Assembly: GCA_965208105.1 (NCBI GenBank) | Contig: OZ242318.1 | Coordinates: 1,184,001-1,248,000, forward strand | DNA: 64,000 bases | From: Candidatus Latescibacterota bacterium | GTDB taxonomy: Bacteria > Latescibacterota > UBA2968 > UBA8231 | Direction: 5' to 3' | In this document: positions 9,502 to 18,744 of the stretch, one piece after another | Numbering within the stretch: the first letter of the stretch is position 1 | How the letters are laid out: the number at the start of each line of letters is the position of its first letter | Program-made: the position numbers and the translations under genes | The notes under the pieces: generated by a model | What the model saw: the letters and a program-made list of their open reading frames with translations, nothing else | The model's database searches: none | Told to the model about the DNA's origin: nothing

Positions 9502-10986
9502 TCAGGAGTCCTCTCCGGCAAACCAGAAGGCGTAGAGCTCGGCCTGGCGCATGGAGAAGCGGATGCGCACGGTGCGCCCGCGCAGGGCGCCCAGGTCGCC
9601 CGCGCCCTTCCAGCGCACCGCCGCGTCGACCCGGTCCGCCTCCAGCGGGACACTTTCCTCCAGGCTGAAGCCCGGCAGCGGCCTGTCCTCCTCCGGGTCG
9701 ACGATCTCGGTCCTGACCTGGCCGCGCCACGAGTCGGCGTTGATGCGCAGCTCGCTCCCGGTGATTTCCACGGCTCTGGTCAGCAGCGAGCCCGGCTCCG
9801 CCCCGCCCTTGAGGGAGACGAAGCCGTCCAGGCGCAGCCGCGCCATGCAGATGGCCCCCTGGTCGAGGCCGGCGTGGTTCTGCTCCTCGGCCGGGGTGGC
9901 GCTGCGCGACCTGATCCCCGAGTAGTAGAACAACAACTGGTCACCCCGAACCAGGGGACCGTTGCTGGTGACGATCTGGCCGGTGTCGTAGACTCCCCCG
10001 TCCTCCAGGCCGGACAGCTCGAGGAAGGGGGCGCGGTTGGCGACCCGCTCCCAGTTGCGCAGGTCCCGGCTCGAGGTCAGCTCCACCGACTTGCGGCTGT
10101 CCACGTTCTCGTACAGGGGGGCGTGCTTGCCGGACCAGTGCTGCAGCACGGGCAATCCCAGGTAGATACCCTCGTAGGGAAACACGGGAAAGTTGTAGAC
10201 GTCGGTGCGCCATTCCTCGGGGCGGTTGTAGACCGGGGTGAGGTAGGCCGAGTCCTCGAAAAAGCGGCGCAGGCGGCGGTGCCCGTTCTCCTGGTCCACC
10301 TGGTCGGCGTGGAACACCAGCTCCTGCTCGCTCCAGTTGCGGAAGTCCTCGCTGGTGGTGAGGTACCAGGAGCGCCCGTAGGGCCCGCGGTGCTTGACCG
10401 TGGCGATGAAAAGCCCCTTCTCGGCGTCGAGGGTGAAGTGGGACTGGTCGGCGCTGGAACTGGGCGGATATCCCAGGTCCTCCCAGTGCACGTGGTCGGC
10501 GGAAGCCACCGGGTGCAGGGCGCGGTCGCGGTAGACCATGCCCTTGAACCTGCGCCCGGGGTCCTCCTCGTTGGGATCGAGCACCGCAAAGAGGGATGGG
10601 CATGGGTAGATGACGTTGTTCCTGGTGCCGATGCGCTTGCCGTCCCAGGTGAGGCCGGGGTAGTCGTGCATGCCCATCTCCGGCTTGTCCCAGTGGATGC
10701 CGTCATTCGAGGTGGCGTAGCACATCAGGGCGGTCTTGGGCATGGCCCCGGTGCGGTCCACCACCAGCTCCGGGTCCAGGGCCTCCCCCTTGCCGCAGTA
10801 GGCCATCTTGTAGCATCCCGCTTCCCCGTCCCACACCGGGGTGTTGCGCAGCTGGCAGGTCTGGTTCTCCCAGCGGTTCTCCGGGCGCACCACCGCGTAT
10901 CCGGCGAACTTCTCCGGCTGGTGCAGCTTGCGCGCCAGGTTGTCCAGGCGCTCCAGGTGAAAATCATCGATGAACAGGTATTTCAT
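9502..10986 (-). CDS. Uncharacterised GH32/GH43-like beta-propeller protein, paralogue 2
   Basis: YLFIDD, WDKPEMG, YNFPVFPYEGIYLGL, SRDLRNW, LRLDGFVSL; no signal peptide. Confidence 0.7.
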   Translation of the reverse strand: MKYLFIDDFHLERLDNLARKLHQPEKFAGYAVVRPENRWENQTCQLRNTPVWDGEAGCYKMAYCGKGEALDPELVVDRTGAMPKTALMCYATSNDGIHWDKPEMGMHDYPGLTWDGKRIGTRNNVIYPCPSLFAVLDPNEEDPGRRFKGMVYRDRALHPVASADHVHWEDLGYPPSSSADQSHFTLDAEKGLFIATVKHRGPYGRSWYLTTSEDFRNWSEQELVFHADQVDQENGHRRLRRFFEDSAYLTPVYNRPEEWRTDVYNFPVFPYEGIYLGLPVLQHWSGKHAPLYENVDSRKSVELTSSRDLRNWERVANRAPFLELSGLEDGGVYDTGQIVTSNGPLVRGDQLLFYYSGIRSRSATPAEEQNHAGLDQGAICMARLRLDGFVSLKGGAEPGSLLTRAVEITGSELRINADSWRGQVRTEIVDPEEDRPLPGFSLEESVPLEADRVDAAVRWKGAGDLGALRGRTVRIRFSMRQAELYAFWFAGEDS

Positions 10987-11141
10987 CCGCCCTTCCTTGT
11001 CGAAAGTGTCCATGCAGCCGACCGCGGCCGCCTCATAGAATACCCCATTTTTTATTTTGCGCTATATTAACAGCCCGCCGGCGGGGAATGGCTGACAGCA
11101 GCCCCGCCGTCGTTTCATTCATCCTCAATAAGGGAGGGAAC

Positions 11142-12035
11142 ATGAATTTCCAGCACCTGGAGCCCGGCGACGATAGCGCCACCATCCTCGTCGAGGGCCT
11201 CGAGCGCGACCTCCGACTCCTCCACCTCACCGACAGCCACATGGCCGAGGGCGACGCGCGCGACCCCGACGCCGCCGATCACGTGGAGCGCTACGGCGGG
11301 CTCTTCGGCGAGCTGACCCCCGGGGGAGCTCTGCCTCGGGAAGTCTTCCAGGCCATCCTGCGGGAGGCCGGCCGCCGGCAGGTCGACGCCGCCCTTCTGA
11401 CCGGCGACATCATCCACTTTCCCGCCTTCGCCGGAATCGAGGTCATCGAGGGGTCCATGGCCGATCTTGGCGTTCCCTTTCTCTACACCCTTGGCAACCA
11501 CGACTGGTACTTCCCCCATCTCGAGTGGACCGAGGCGACGCGGCGGGAGTACTATCCGCGCTTCCACGGGCTCACCGGAGGCAACCCCGCCTGCCAGGCC
11601 CTGGAAGTGGGTGGAGTCCGTATGGTCGCCCTGGACAACAGCAACTACCAGGTCGATGCCGGACAGGTTGACTTCCTGCGGCGGCAGCTCGAAAAGGGAC
11701 AGCCCACCCTTCTCTTCGTCCACATCCCGCTGGAGGAGGAGACCCTGTTCCAGCCAGTAATGGAGAAGTGGAAGGCGCCCATCATGATGGGGGCCGAGGA
11801 GGGATGGACTCCGGAGTCCCGGGAGAAATGGAATGTGGAAGGCAACGAGGCCAGCACCATGGAGTGCATGGAGCTGCTCAGGGGGGACCTCGGAGCCCAC
11901 CTTGCCGGCATCTTCTGCGGCCACGTCCACTTCTCCCACGCCGGGGCTTTCCGCAGGGACTGCCTGCAGTACGTGACCAACCCGGGGTTCGCCGGCCGTT
12001 ACCGCATCATCGAGCTCAAGAGGCTGCCTGGTTGA
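11142..12035 (+). CDS. Calcineurin-like metallophosphoesterase
   Basis: DSH, GD, GNHD, H, GHVH motifs; GGAGG RBS. Confidence 0.9.
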   Translation: MNFQHLEPGDDSATILVEGLERDLRLLHLTDSHMAEGDARDPDAADHVERYGGLFGELTPGGALPREVFQAILREAGRRQVDAALLTGDIIHFPAFAGIEVIEGSMADLGVPFLYTLGNHDWYFPHLEWTEATRREYYPRFHGLTGGNPACQALEVGGVRMVALDNSNYQVDAGQVDFLRRQLEKGQPTLLFVHIPLEEETLFQPVMEKWKAPIMMGAEEGWTPESREKWNVEGNEASTMECMELLRGDLGAHLAGIFCGHVHFSHAGAFRRDCLQYVTNPGFAGRYRIIELKRLPG

Positions 12036-12059
12036 CCCGCGGCCGCCAATGACCGAATC

Positions 12060-14990
12060 CTAGTAGAGACGCCCGTACTCGGTGAAGCCGATCAGGGTGC
12101 GCACGAAGAACGACCAGCTGTGGAACTCGTCGGCCTGCCGGAAGGGGTTGTCGAAATCCTTGCGGTTGCGCATGAGGCCGACGATGGTGAAGAGGTTGTA
12201 GCCGAAATAGCGCGAGCGGTTGGTCAGGCTGACGAAGGCGGTGCGCTGCTCGAAGCTGAGGCGCCGGCGGGCGCTGTCCTCGAGGCGGTAGGGCAAGGGC
12301 CCCATGCCCTGCAGCCCCATTCTCAGGTCAACCCGATCCATCAGGGGATACTCCAGGCGCAGGATGGGGATGGAGCGCCACTCGGAGCGCGTGGCGGTTG
12401 CGGCCTCCTGATCCAGCAGGCGCAGGAGCATGAACTTGTACTGCGGCGTCAGGCTCAGCCTGCCCAGGCTCCAGGTATACTGCGCCCGGCTGGACACGGT
12501 CCAGTAGTCCAGGCGGCGCCGGCGCTGGAAGATGCCCGGGCCCACCTCGCCGCCCTGCTGCCAGTTGAGCAGCAGGCGCACCTTCTGCACCAGGTGGAGG
12601 GATGACCAGGGGTTGAGGCTCCCCTCCAGGTAGGTCTCGTTGACCCAACTGTCGCGGTAGAGCAGAAGGTCCTCCCTCCTCTCCTTGTTGAAGAAGGAAA
12701 ACACGTTTATCTCCAGGCCCCCGTCCCCGGCTTTCACGCGGCCGCGGTTCGGCCTTTCCACCAGCGCCAGATACTCGTCGGCTATATCGTCCTGCACGCG
12801 GCGCAGGTGGTTCTCGAGGAAGAGACGCCGCAGCCGCCGCACACCCTCGCGTCTATAGCTCAGGATGGCATAGGTGGACCTGTTGCGCCCGGCGCCGGCA
12901 ACCTGGCCAACGGCGTAGCGTCCGGCGACCGCGGTCCAGCCCCGGGTCAGGTCCACCTGCCCGAACAGGTGCCCGCCGCGCTGGTCGGGGTCGTAGGGGA
13001 GGTCCGCATCCCAGTCGTCCTCGCGCTGGTCGGGCTCGCCGTTGTTGTTGCGGTCGAGGCCGTAGGTGTAGTCGTTGGGCTCCACGTCGAACATCAGGAA
13101 CGGCTCTTCGTAGTCGGGCAGGCTGTTGAAGTTGCGGTTGGTGTCGGGCCAGCCGTCGTTGTCCTCGTCCTGGCCCGGAAAGACCCCGGTGGGGTCCACC
13201 GAAACCGCATCCCTGCCGGCGCCGAGGATATGGCCAAGGGGCGCGTCGGGGTAGCGGTCGGCGTCCTCGTTGTCCTGCACCAGGCGCCAGTAGAGGGTGG
13301 CGTTGGTCAGGCCGGCCAGGTCGCCGTAATCGTACGTCAGCTCAGGTTTGAGATAGGTGCGCAGCTCGGTGCTGTAGTTCGGCTGCATGGAGAAGAACTC
13401 CGCGCCCACGCGCCCGCGCCCGAACCAGCGCAGGGCCTGCAGATAGAAGGCGTCGCCGCGGGCGGCGAACCGGGGCCCCTGCCCGAAGCGGCGCTCCCCT
13501 TCCTGGTGCGCCGGGTAGCGCGCGTAGACCGCCGAGCGCGCGTACTCGCCGTTGATCTCCAGGCCGGCGAGGCTGAAGTTGGCATCCGCGCCGTAGACGA
13601 AGAGAGCAGTGTTCTCCCCTACGTGGAAGCGTACCCGTTCCAGATTCGACAGGTCCCGGACATTGCCGGGGGCGCGCCGCACCGTGTGGTAATAGGTGCT
13701 GGTGAACTGGGAAGCAAAGTTGCGGCCGGTTGCATTCTTCTCCCACTGGACAGCCACGTCGATGCGGTAGTCGCTTCCGATCAGCGTCTCCACCTCCACC
13801 GAGCGCACCGCCGGTTCCTGCCTCAAGTCGAACATGTAGATCAGCACTTCATCGCCGTCGGCGCGGTGGACGGACCCCGGCGGTTCCACCACGTAGTTGG
13901 CCAGCAAGCCCTCCAGGTTGGTGGACGCGCTCACGTCCTGTCCGCTTTCGTGGGCCATCCGGTAGAGGTAGTCCGCATAGTGGGGAACTTCCCTGCCGCG
14001 GTAGTAGACGCCGCCGCCGAACGAGTAATATCCTATGGACGAGGGCCGGGTGTAGATGACGGGACGGAACTCGCCGGTGTTCCGGGAGACCGAGCCCACC
14101 TGGGTCGGCACGCCGCTGCGGTGGCGGATCACCTGGGGCGGGAGATCGGGCCTGGCCTCGCCGTCGAGGACGAGGCTGAGCTCCTGCACCACGGCGCCGT
14201 GGCCGTCGGCGGGCGAGTCGTCGGCGACGCGCACCATGATGAACTCGATGAGGGGATGGTCGGGCCGCACTCTCCCCTTGAGGCTGTTGCCCGGCCGGGT
14301 GCTCTGGTAGACGTGCAGGTTGACCCCGTTGAGGCCCAGCCGCAGGGCGCCGATGCGGGTCTGGGCGCGGCCCCCCAGAAGCAGGGTGTTGCTGTCGGAC
14401 ACGAAGGTGCCCTCGATGTTCCAGGGGGCGGAAATGCTGGTGGGGTTGGCGGGCTGGCGCTCCAGGCGCGAGGCCAGGGCCGTGATCTCGAGGCCCGGCG
14501 TGGCCAGATCCAGGCGCAGTCCGTTGAAGTCCACCTTCGACAGGGTGAGAGGGGTGAAGCGCGCGATCAGCCCGTCTCCCACGATTGCGCTCACGCCGCG
14601 GTCGCCCCAACTGTCGCGCGCCACCATCACGTGGTCGAACAGCGGGCGGAAGGCATTCAGGTCCTTGAACATGCGGCTGCCGAACTGCTGCCCCGGCAAA
14701 CGGGTCTCCGACCAGGTGTAGACCTCGTAGCCGGTGATGAGGTAGCTGCCCATGGAGCCGAAATAGGCCTGCGGCCGGCCCGCGAAGGGAAAGGAGTGGT
14801 CCGGCGGGTTGGTGAAGTTCCGCAAGGCATAGTTGCGATAGCCCGGTGGGTTGCGCTGCAGGAATGGCGAGGGCTCCACCACCTCGGGGACCTTGAGCTG
14901 GGCCTGACCCCTTTGCACCTGCGCCAACCCCCACCCCGGCGCGAGAGTCAGCAACAGGCTCCCGTACAGAAGAAATCTCAATGGTCTCAT
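12060..14990 (-). CDS. Large exported putative outer-membrane beta-barrel protein with Asp/Asn-rich repeats, paralogue 1
   Basis: Signal peptide MRPLRFLLYGSLLLTLAPGWGLA; amphipathic strands; QDEDNDGWPD/LDRNNNGEPD block; ends FFVRTLIGFTEYGRLY; three paralogues in the window. Confidence 0.65.
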   Translation of the reverse strand: MRPLRFLLYGSLLLTLAPGWGLAQVQRGQAQLKVPEVVEPSPFLQRNPPGYRNYALRNFTNPPDHSFPFAGRPQAYFGSMGSYLITGYEVYTWSETRLPGQQFGSRMFKDLNAFRPLFDHVMVARDSWGDRGVSAIVGDGLIARFTPLTLSKVDFNGLRLDLATPGLEITALASRLERQPANPTSISAPWNIEGTFVSDSNTLLLGGRAQTRIGALRLGLNGVNLHVYQSTRPGNSLKGRVRPDHPLIEFIMVRVADDSPADGHGAVVQELSLVLDGEARPDLPPQVIRHRSGVPTQVGSVSRNTGEFRPVIYTRPSSIGYYSFGGGVYYRGREVPHYADYLYRMAHESGQDVSASTNLEGLLANYVVEPPGSVHRADGDEVLIYMFDLRQEPAVRSVEVETLIGSDYRIDVAVQWEKNATGRNFASQFTSTYYHTVRRAPGNVRDLSNLERVRFHVGENTALFVYGADANFSLAGLEINGEYARSAVYARYPAHQEGERRFGQGPRFAARGDAFYLQALRWFGRGRVGAEFFSMQPNYSTELRTYLKPELTYDYGDLAGLTNATLYWRLVQDNEDADRYPDAPLGHILGAGRDAVSVDPTGVFPGQDEDNDGWPDTNRNFNSLPDYEEPFLMFDVEPNDYTYGLDRNNNGEPDQREDDWDADLPYDPDQRGGHLFGQVDLTRGWTAVAGRYAVGQVAGAGRNRSTYAILSYRREGVRRLRRLFLENHLRRVQDDIADEYLALVERPNRGRVKAGDGGLEINVFSFFNKERREDLLLYRDSWVNETYLEGSLNPWSSLHLVQKVRLLLNWQQGGEVGPGIFQRRRRLDYWTVSSRAQYTWSLGRLSLTPQYKFMLLRLLDQEAATATRSEWRSIPILRLEYPLMDRVDLRMGLQGMGPLPYRLEDSARRRLSFEQRTAFVSLTNRSRYFGYNLFTIVGLMRNRKDFDNPFRQADEFHSWSFFVRTLIGFTEYGRLY

Positions 14991-15078
14991 GGACCTGTCC
15001 TTCCCCGCCATCGATGCAGTCCCTCCGGCCCGCCCGGGTCGGTTCCCGGACCTGACGGCCCTCCTCGCCGGTGCGGAC

Positions 15079-16071
15079 TCAATGGCCGGCGCATTTGCGG
15101 CCTCCATCAGGGACCAGGGCCGGAGCCTCCCGCGCCGCGCCGTAGTCGCGCACCTCCAGGGGCGGGTGCCCCATGGGCCCGAAGCTGTCGAACTCGGCGC
15201 ACTGATCCGCCCCAGGGACGAATTCGACCTCGATTTCGGTGGAGCTCACCGTGCAACGCTGGAAGCCGAAGCGGGTATCGGCCTCGGTCCAGCGTTCGGC
15301 CAGCTGGGCGGTGTTGCCGGCGGGCTGGGTGCGGTAGAGGCGGATGCCGTCCACTACCTGGACCGGGCGCCCGGTGTGGACGTGGCCGCAGAACAGGATG
15401 TCCACCCCCGCCTCCTGCAGCAGGCCCCAGAGGCGCTGGCGGTGGGGCGGGTCGATGCTGAAGTACCAGTTGTCGTACTGGTCCGCGGCGGTGAGATCCC
15501 AGGCGGGCTCGTGCGGCTCCTCCATGAAGGGCCAGTAGTGCATCACGGCCACGTGATGGCGGGCGGGCGGCAGCCGGGGCAGGCGCTCGAGCAGGCGCCA
15601 GAGCCTTTCTTCGTGGGGCAGGCCCGACCCGGTCACGGCGGCGAAGAAGCCGGTGAAGCGCACCTGGCGGTAGAGGAAGGACCAGTGGACGGGACCGAAG
15701 TAGGAAGAGAAGAGGTCCAGCCGCTGCCCGGTCACGTTGAGGTCCGGATCGTACCATCCCAGCCCCTGCTCGTCCCACTTGCGCTTGAGACCCTGACACG
15801 GGGCGTGCTTGTTGCCCACGTCCATGTTGCCGGGAATGACGAAGGCGGGAAAGGGCAGGGAGTCCAGGTCCTCGCGCGCCTGCAGGTACTCGAACTCGTG
15901 GGTCTCGCCGTCGCGGGTCAGGTCGCCGCCGTGGAGGAGGAACTCGGCCCCGCTCGCCGCCATCTGTTCCTTGATGGCCGCCCAGCGCCGGTTGACCGCG
16001 GGGCGGAAGCGGTAGGAGCGCGGCGTGCCCATGTGGCTGTCGTTGACGTGCAGGAAGGTCCAGGTTTCCAT
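15079..16071 (-). CDS. Calcineurin-like metallophosphoesterase
   Basis: DSH, GGD, PGNMD, MH, GHVH. Confidence 0.88.
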   Translation of the reverse strand: METWTFLHVNDSHMGTPRSYRFRPAVNRRWAAIKEQMAASGAEFLLHGGDLTRDGETHEFEYLQAREDLDSLPFPAFVIPGNMDVGNKHAPCQGLKRKWDEQGLGWYDPDLNVTGQRLDLFSSYFGPVHWSFLYRQVRFTGFFAAVTGSGLPHEERLWRLLERLPRLPPARHHVAVMHYWPFMEEPHEPAWDLTAADQYDNWYFSIDPPHRQRLWGLLQEAGVDILFCGHVHTGRPVQVVDGIRLYRTQPAGNTAQLAERWTEADTRFGFQRCTVSSTEIEVEFVPGADQCAEFDSFGPMGHPPLEVRDYGAAREAPALVPDGGRKCAGH

Positions 16072-16077
16072 CCCCGA

Positions 16078-17160
16078 TTACTCCGAACTCGCCGCCGCCG
16101 GCAATCCCAGCTCGCGGCGCACCGTGCGCGCGGCCTGCACCAGCGAGCTGATCTTGGCGAAGGCCACCGGACGGGGCACGAACCACATGCCGCAGTCGGG
16201 GGCCAGGTGCAGGCGCTCCGGCCCCAGGACCTGCAAGGCCGCGCGGATGCGGTCCGCTATGTGGGAGGGCGATTCCACCTCCTCGGTGCCCAGGTCCAGC
16301 AACCCCAGAACCACGCCCTTGTCGCCGCAGTGGGCGAGCAGCTCCGGGCCATGTCCCGGCTGTTCGTACTCGATGCTGATCCGCTCGGTGCTCGAGGCGG
16401 CGATGGCCTCCAGGACCTCGGCGTAGTTGGGATCGGCGCGCTTGTCCCCGATGGTGGCGTAGCCGTAACAGACGTGGACCACCCTGGTAGCCCTGATCCC
16501 GTCGAAGGCCAGGTCCAGGGCCCTGCCGCCCCATTGCACCGCCATGTCGCGGCGGAAGTGGAAGTCGGGCTCGTCGAGCTGAACCACGTCCACCCCGGCC
16601 TCGTCCAGGGCGCGCAGCTCCCGGTTGATCGCCGCCGCCGCGGCCATGCCCAGGGCCTCCGGGTCGCGGTAGTGCTCGTCGGCCAGGCGCGCCGCCATGG
16701 TCAGCGGACCGATGACGGTCATCTTGGTGGGACGGCGGGTGTGGCGTTTGAGGAAGCCGAGGTCGTCCACCGTAATGGGGCCGGGCCAGGTGATCTCCCC
16801 CACCGCGCGCGGGGTCACCGCCGTCTGCAGGCGGGCTTCCACCTCGGGGTCCAGATCGACGAAGCTCATGTCGCGCTCGCTCATGGACCAGGGTCCCAGC
16901 TTCTCCCCGTCGATGCCGCCCATGTCGAAAAAGTAGGTGTCGAAGCGCTGCCGCCGCTGCTCGCCGTCGGTGATCAGGTCGAGCCCGGCGCGCTCCTGGT
17001 CGGCGATGGCCGCGATGGTCGCGTCGTCCTGGGCCTCGGCCAGGACCTCGGGGTCGGGGCGCCAGAAGCTGGAGCTGGGCGAGGTCACCCGCCGGTGCCT
17101 GATGAGCCAGTCGGGCTTGCTGTAGCTGCCCACCAGCTGGGTGCTCAGGAGCCCTGGCAT
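16078..17160 (-). CDS. Cobalamin-independent methionine synthase II-like (MetE C-terminal/core) Zn enzyme
   Basis: VGSY.KP, ITDGEQRR, GPLT, QLDEP, HVCYG, APDCG; only 360 aa. Confidence 0.88.
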   Translation of the reverse strand: MPGLLSTQLVGSYSKPDWLIRHRRVTSPSSSFWRPDPEVLAEAQDDATIAAIADQERAGLDLITDGEQRRQRFDTYFFDMGGIDGEKLGPWSMSERDMSFVDLDPEVEARLQTAVTPRAVGEITWPGPITVDDLGFLKRHTRRPTKMTVIGPLTMAARLADEHYRDPEALGMAAAAAINRELRALDEAGVDVVQLDEPDFHFRRDMAVQWGGRALDLAFDGIRATRVVHVCYGYATIGDKRADPNYAEVLEAIAASSTERISIEYEQPGHGPELLAHCGDKGVVLGLLDLGTEEVESPSHIADRIRAALQVLGPERLHLAPDCGMWFVPRPVAFAKISSLVQAARTVRRELGLPAAASSE

Positions 17161-17161
17161 C

Positions 17162-18610
17162 TCACTCGAACCAGTAGGAGTAGAAGCGCGCCCCCTTCAG
17201 GGTGAAGCGCAGGCGCACCGCCTTGCCGGCGTGCTCCGCCATTCCCCCCTCCCGCCAGGAGACCTGGACCCGCGGCCGGTCGGCGTCGATGGGGACCGAT
17301 GCCGCCAGCACCTCGCCGCCGTCTCCCAGGACCTCCGCCCGCAGGAACCCGGAAGCGCCGCCGGCCTTGCGCACGTCCACGTTGACCCACAGCTCCCCTC
17401 CGGGCGCGGTGAAGGGCTCGGTGAGCGCGCGGCCCTCCTCCCCCGCCGCATCCAGGGAGACGAAACCGTCGCGGCGCAGGACCGCCAGGCAGATGGCCCC
17501 GATGTCGGGGTCGGGGTCGGGATGGATCGAGGACTCCTTGCGGCCCGAGTAGTAGAACCAGAGCTCGTCGCCGCGCACCAGGGGATAGGAAGGGGGCAGA
17601 TTCTTGTTGAGGTCGTAGGCGCCGGAATGCATCGGCGACCAGGGGATGAATGTCCCCCGGTTCGCCGCCCGCGCCCAGTTGTGGAGGTCGCGGCTGCACC
17701 ACAACTGGATCAGGGTGAAGCGCAGGGTGTGGCTGCTCCAGCGCTCGCCGCGGGCGTGGTAGATGGCCGGCAGGGCCAGGAAGATGCCCTCGTAGCGGAA
17801 GACTCCGGCGTTGTAGATGTCCACGTTCTGCCACTGCCATTCCGGCGTGCCGGGAAAGGGCTTGAGGTAGTCGGCGTTGGCCGACCGCAGGAATTCCTCG
17901 ATGTGCAGGCGCCCCAGCTCCTGGTCCAGGTCGTCGGCCTGGATGGCGAGAACCGGCTCGCTCCAGTTCTCGAAGTCGGGGCTGGTGCTGATCATGTGGG
18001 AGCGCCCGTAGGTGCCGGTCTTCTTGAAGCTGAGGATGTACTGCGCGCCCAGGCCATCGTAGCTCAGGTTCCACTCGTCGAAGCTCGAGAGGCGGGCGTC
18101 CAGCCGGCTCCATTCGATCCCGTCGGAGGAGACCAGGAAGTCGAGGAAGCGCTCGAACCTCCTTCCCGGCCACGGCTTGCCCTCCGGGTCCACCCGCTCC
18201 GACGAATGCTGCACCCTGCGCCCCGTGTCCAGGTTGACCACGTGGGAGGTGATGCCCTTGAAGCGGCGCCCCTGGTCGGGGTCCGCCGGGTCGTAGAGGA
18301 CGTGGGCCTGGGGCACCATCTCCGCAGGCTGGAGGTCGGCGCCGGCCGGAGTCCAGTGCAGGCCGTCGACGCTCTCGTACCACCTTCCCTCCGCCACGAT
18401 CCTGAAGGCCTTCAGCTCCGGATTCCAGTGCGGGCCGCTGCGGGTCTGCACGTTGCGCTGGCCGCGGGTGAAGTCGGGCCGAATCACCGCCCCTTTCTTC
18501 GAGGGCTGGTGCAGGGTGCGGACCAGGTTCTCCACCTCGGCGAGGCCGTGATCGTCGACGAAGAGCTGCCGCTGTCCTGCCGGAACCTCGAACTTCTCGT
18601 CGTTACTCAT
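17162..18610 (-). CDS. Uncharacterised GH32/GH43-like beta-propeller protein, paralogue 3
   Basis: RQLFVDD, YNAGVFRYEG, SRDLHNW, LAVLRRDGFVSLDA; no signal peptide. Confidence 0.7.
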   Translation of the reverse strand: MSNDEKFEVPAGQRQLFVDDHGLAEVENLVRTLHQPSKKGAVIRPDFTRGQRNVQTRSGPHWNPELKAFRIVAEGRWYESVDGLHWTPAGADLQPAEMVPQAHVLYDPADPDQGRRFKGITSHVVNLDTGRRVQHSSERVDPEGKPWPGRRFERFLDFLVSSDGIEWSRLDARLSSFDEWNLSYDGLGAQYILSFKKTGTYGRSHMISTSPDFENWSEPVLAIQADDLDQELGRLHIEEFLRSANADYLKPFPGTPEWQWQNVDIYNAGVFRYEGIFLALPAIYHARGERWSSHTLRFTLIQLWCSRDLHNWARAANRGTFIPWSPMHSGAYDLNKNLPPSYPLVRGDELWFYYSGRKESSIHPDPDPDIGAICLAVLRRDGFVSLDAAGEEGRALTEPFTAPGGELWVNVDVRKAGGASGFLRAEVLGDGGEVLAASVPIDADRPRVQVSWREGGMAEHAGKAVRLRFTLKGARFYSYWFE

Positions 18611-18744
18611 CGATTTCTCCCGTGGGAAACCCTGCCTTCGGCAAGGAATGGCGGCCATGCTCCAAGCGAAGAATTTGGCACCCTGAAGCTGGTCCTGTCA
18701 AGAAAAAGTGGGTGAGCCGGAAAGTTCCGGAGCCTGCCCTCCCT

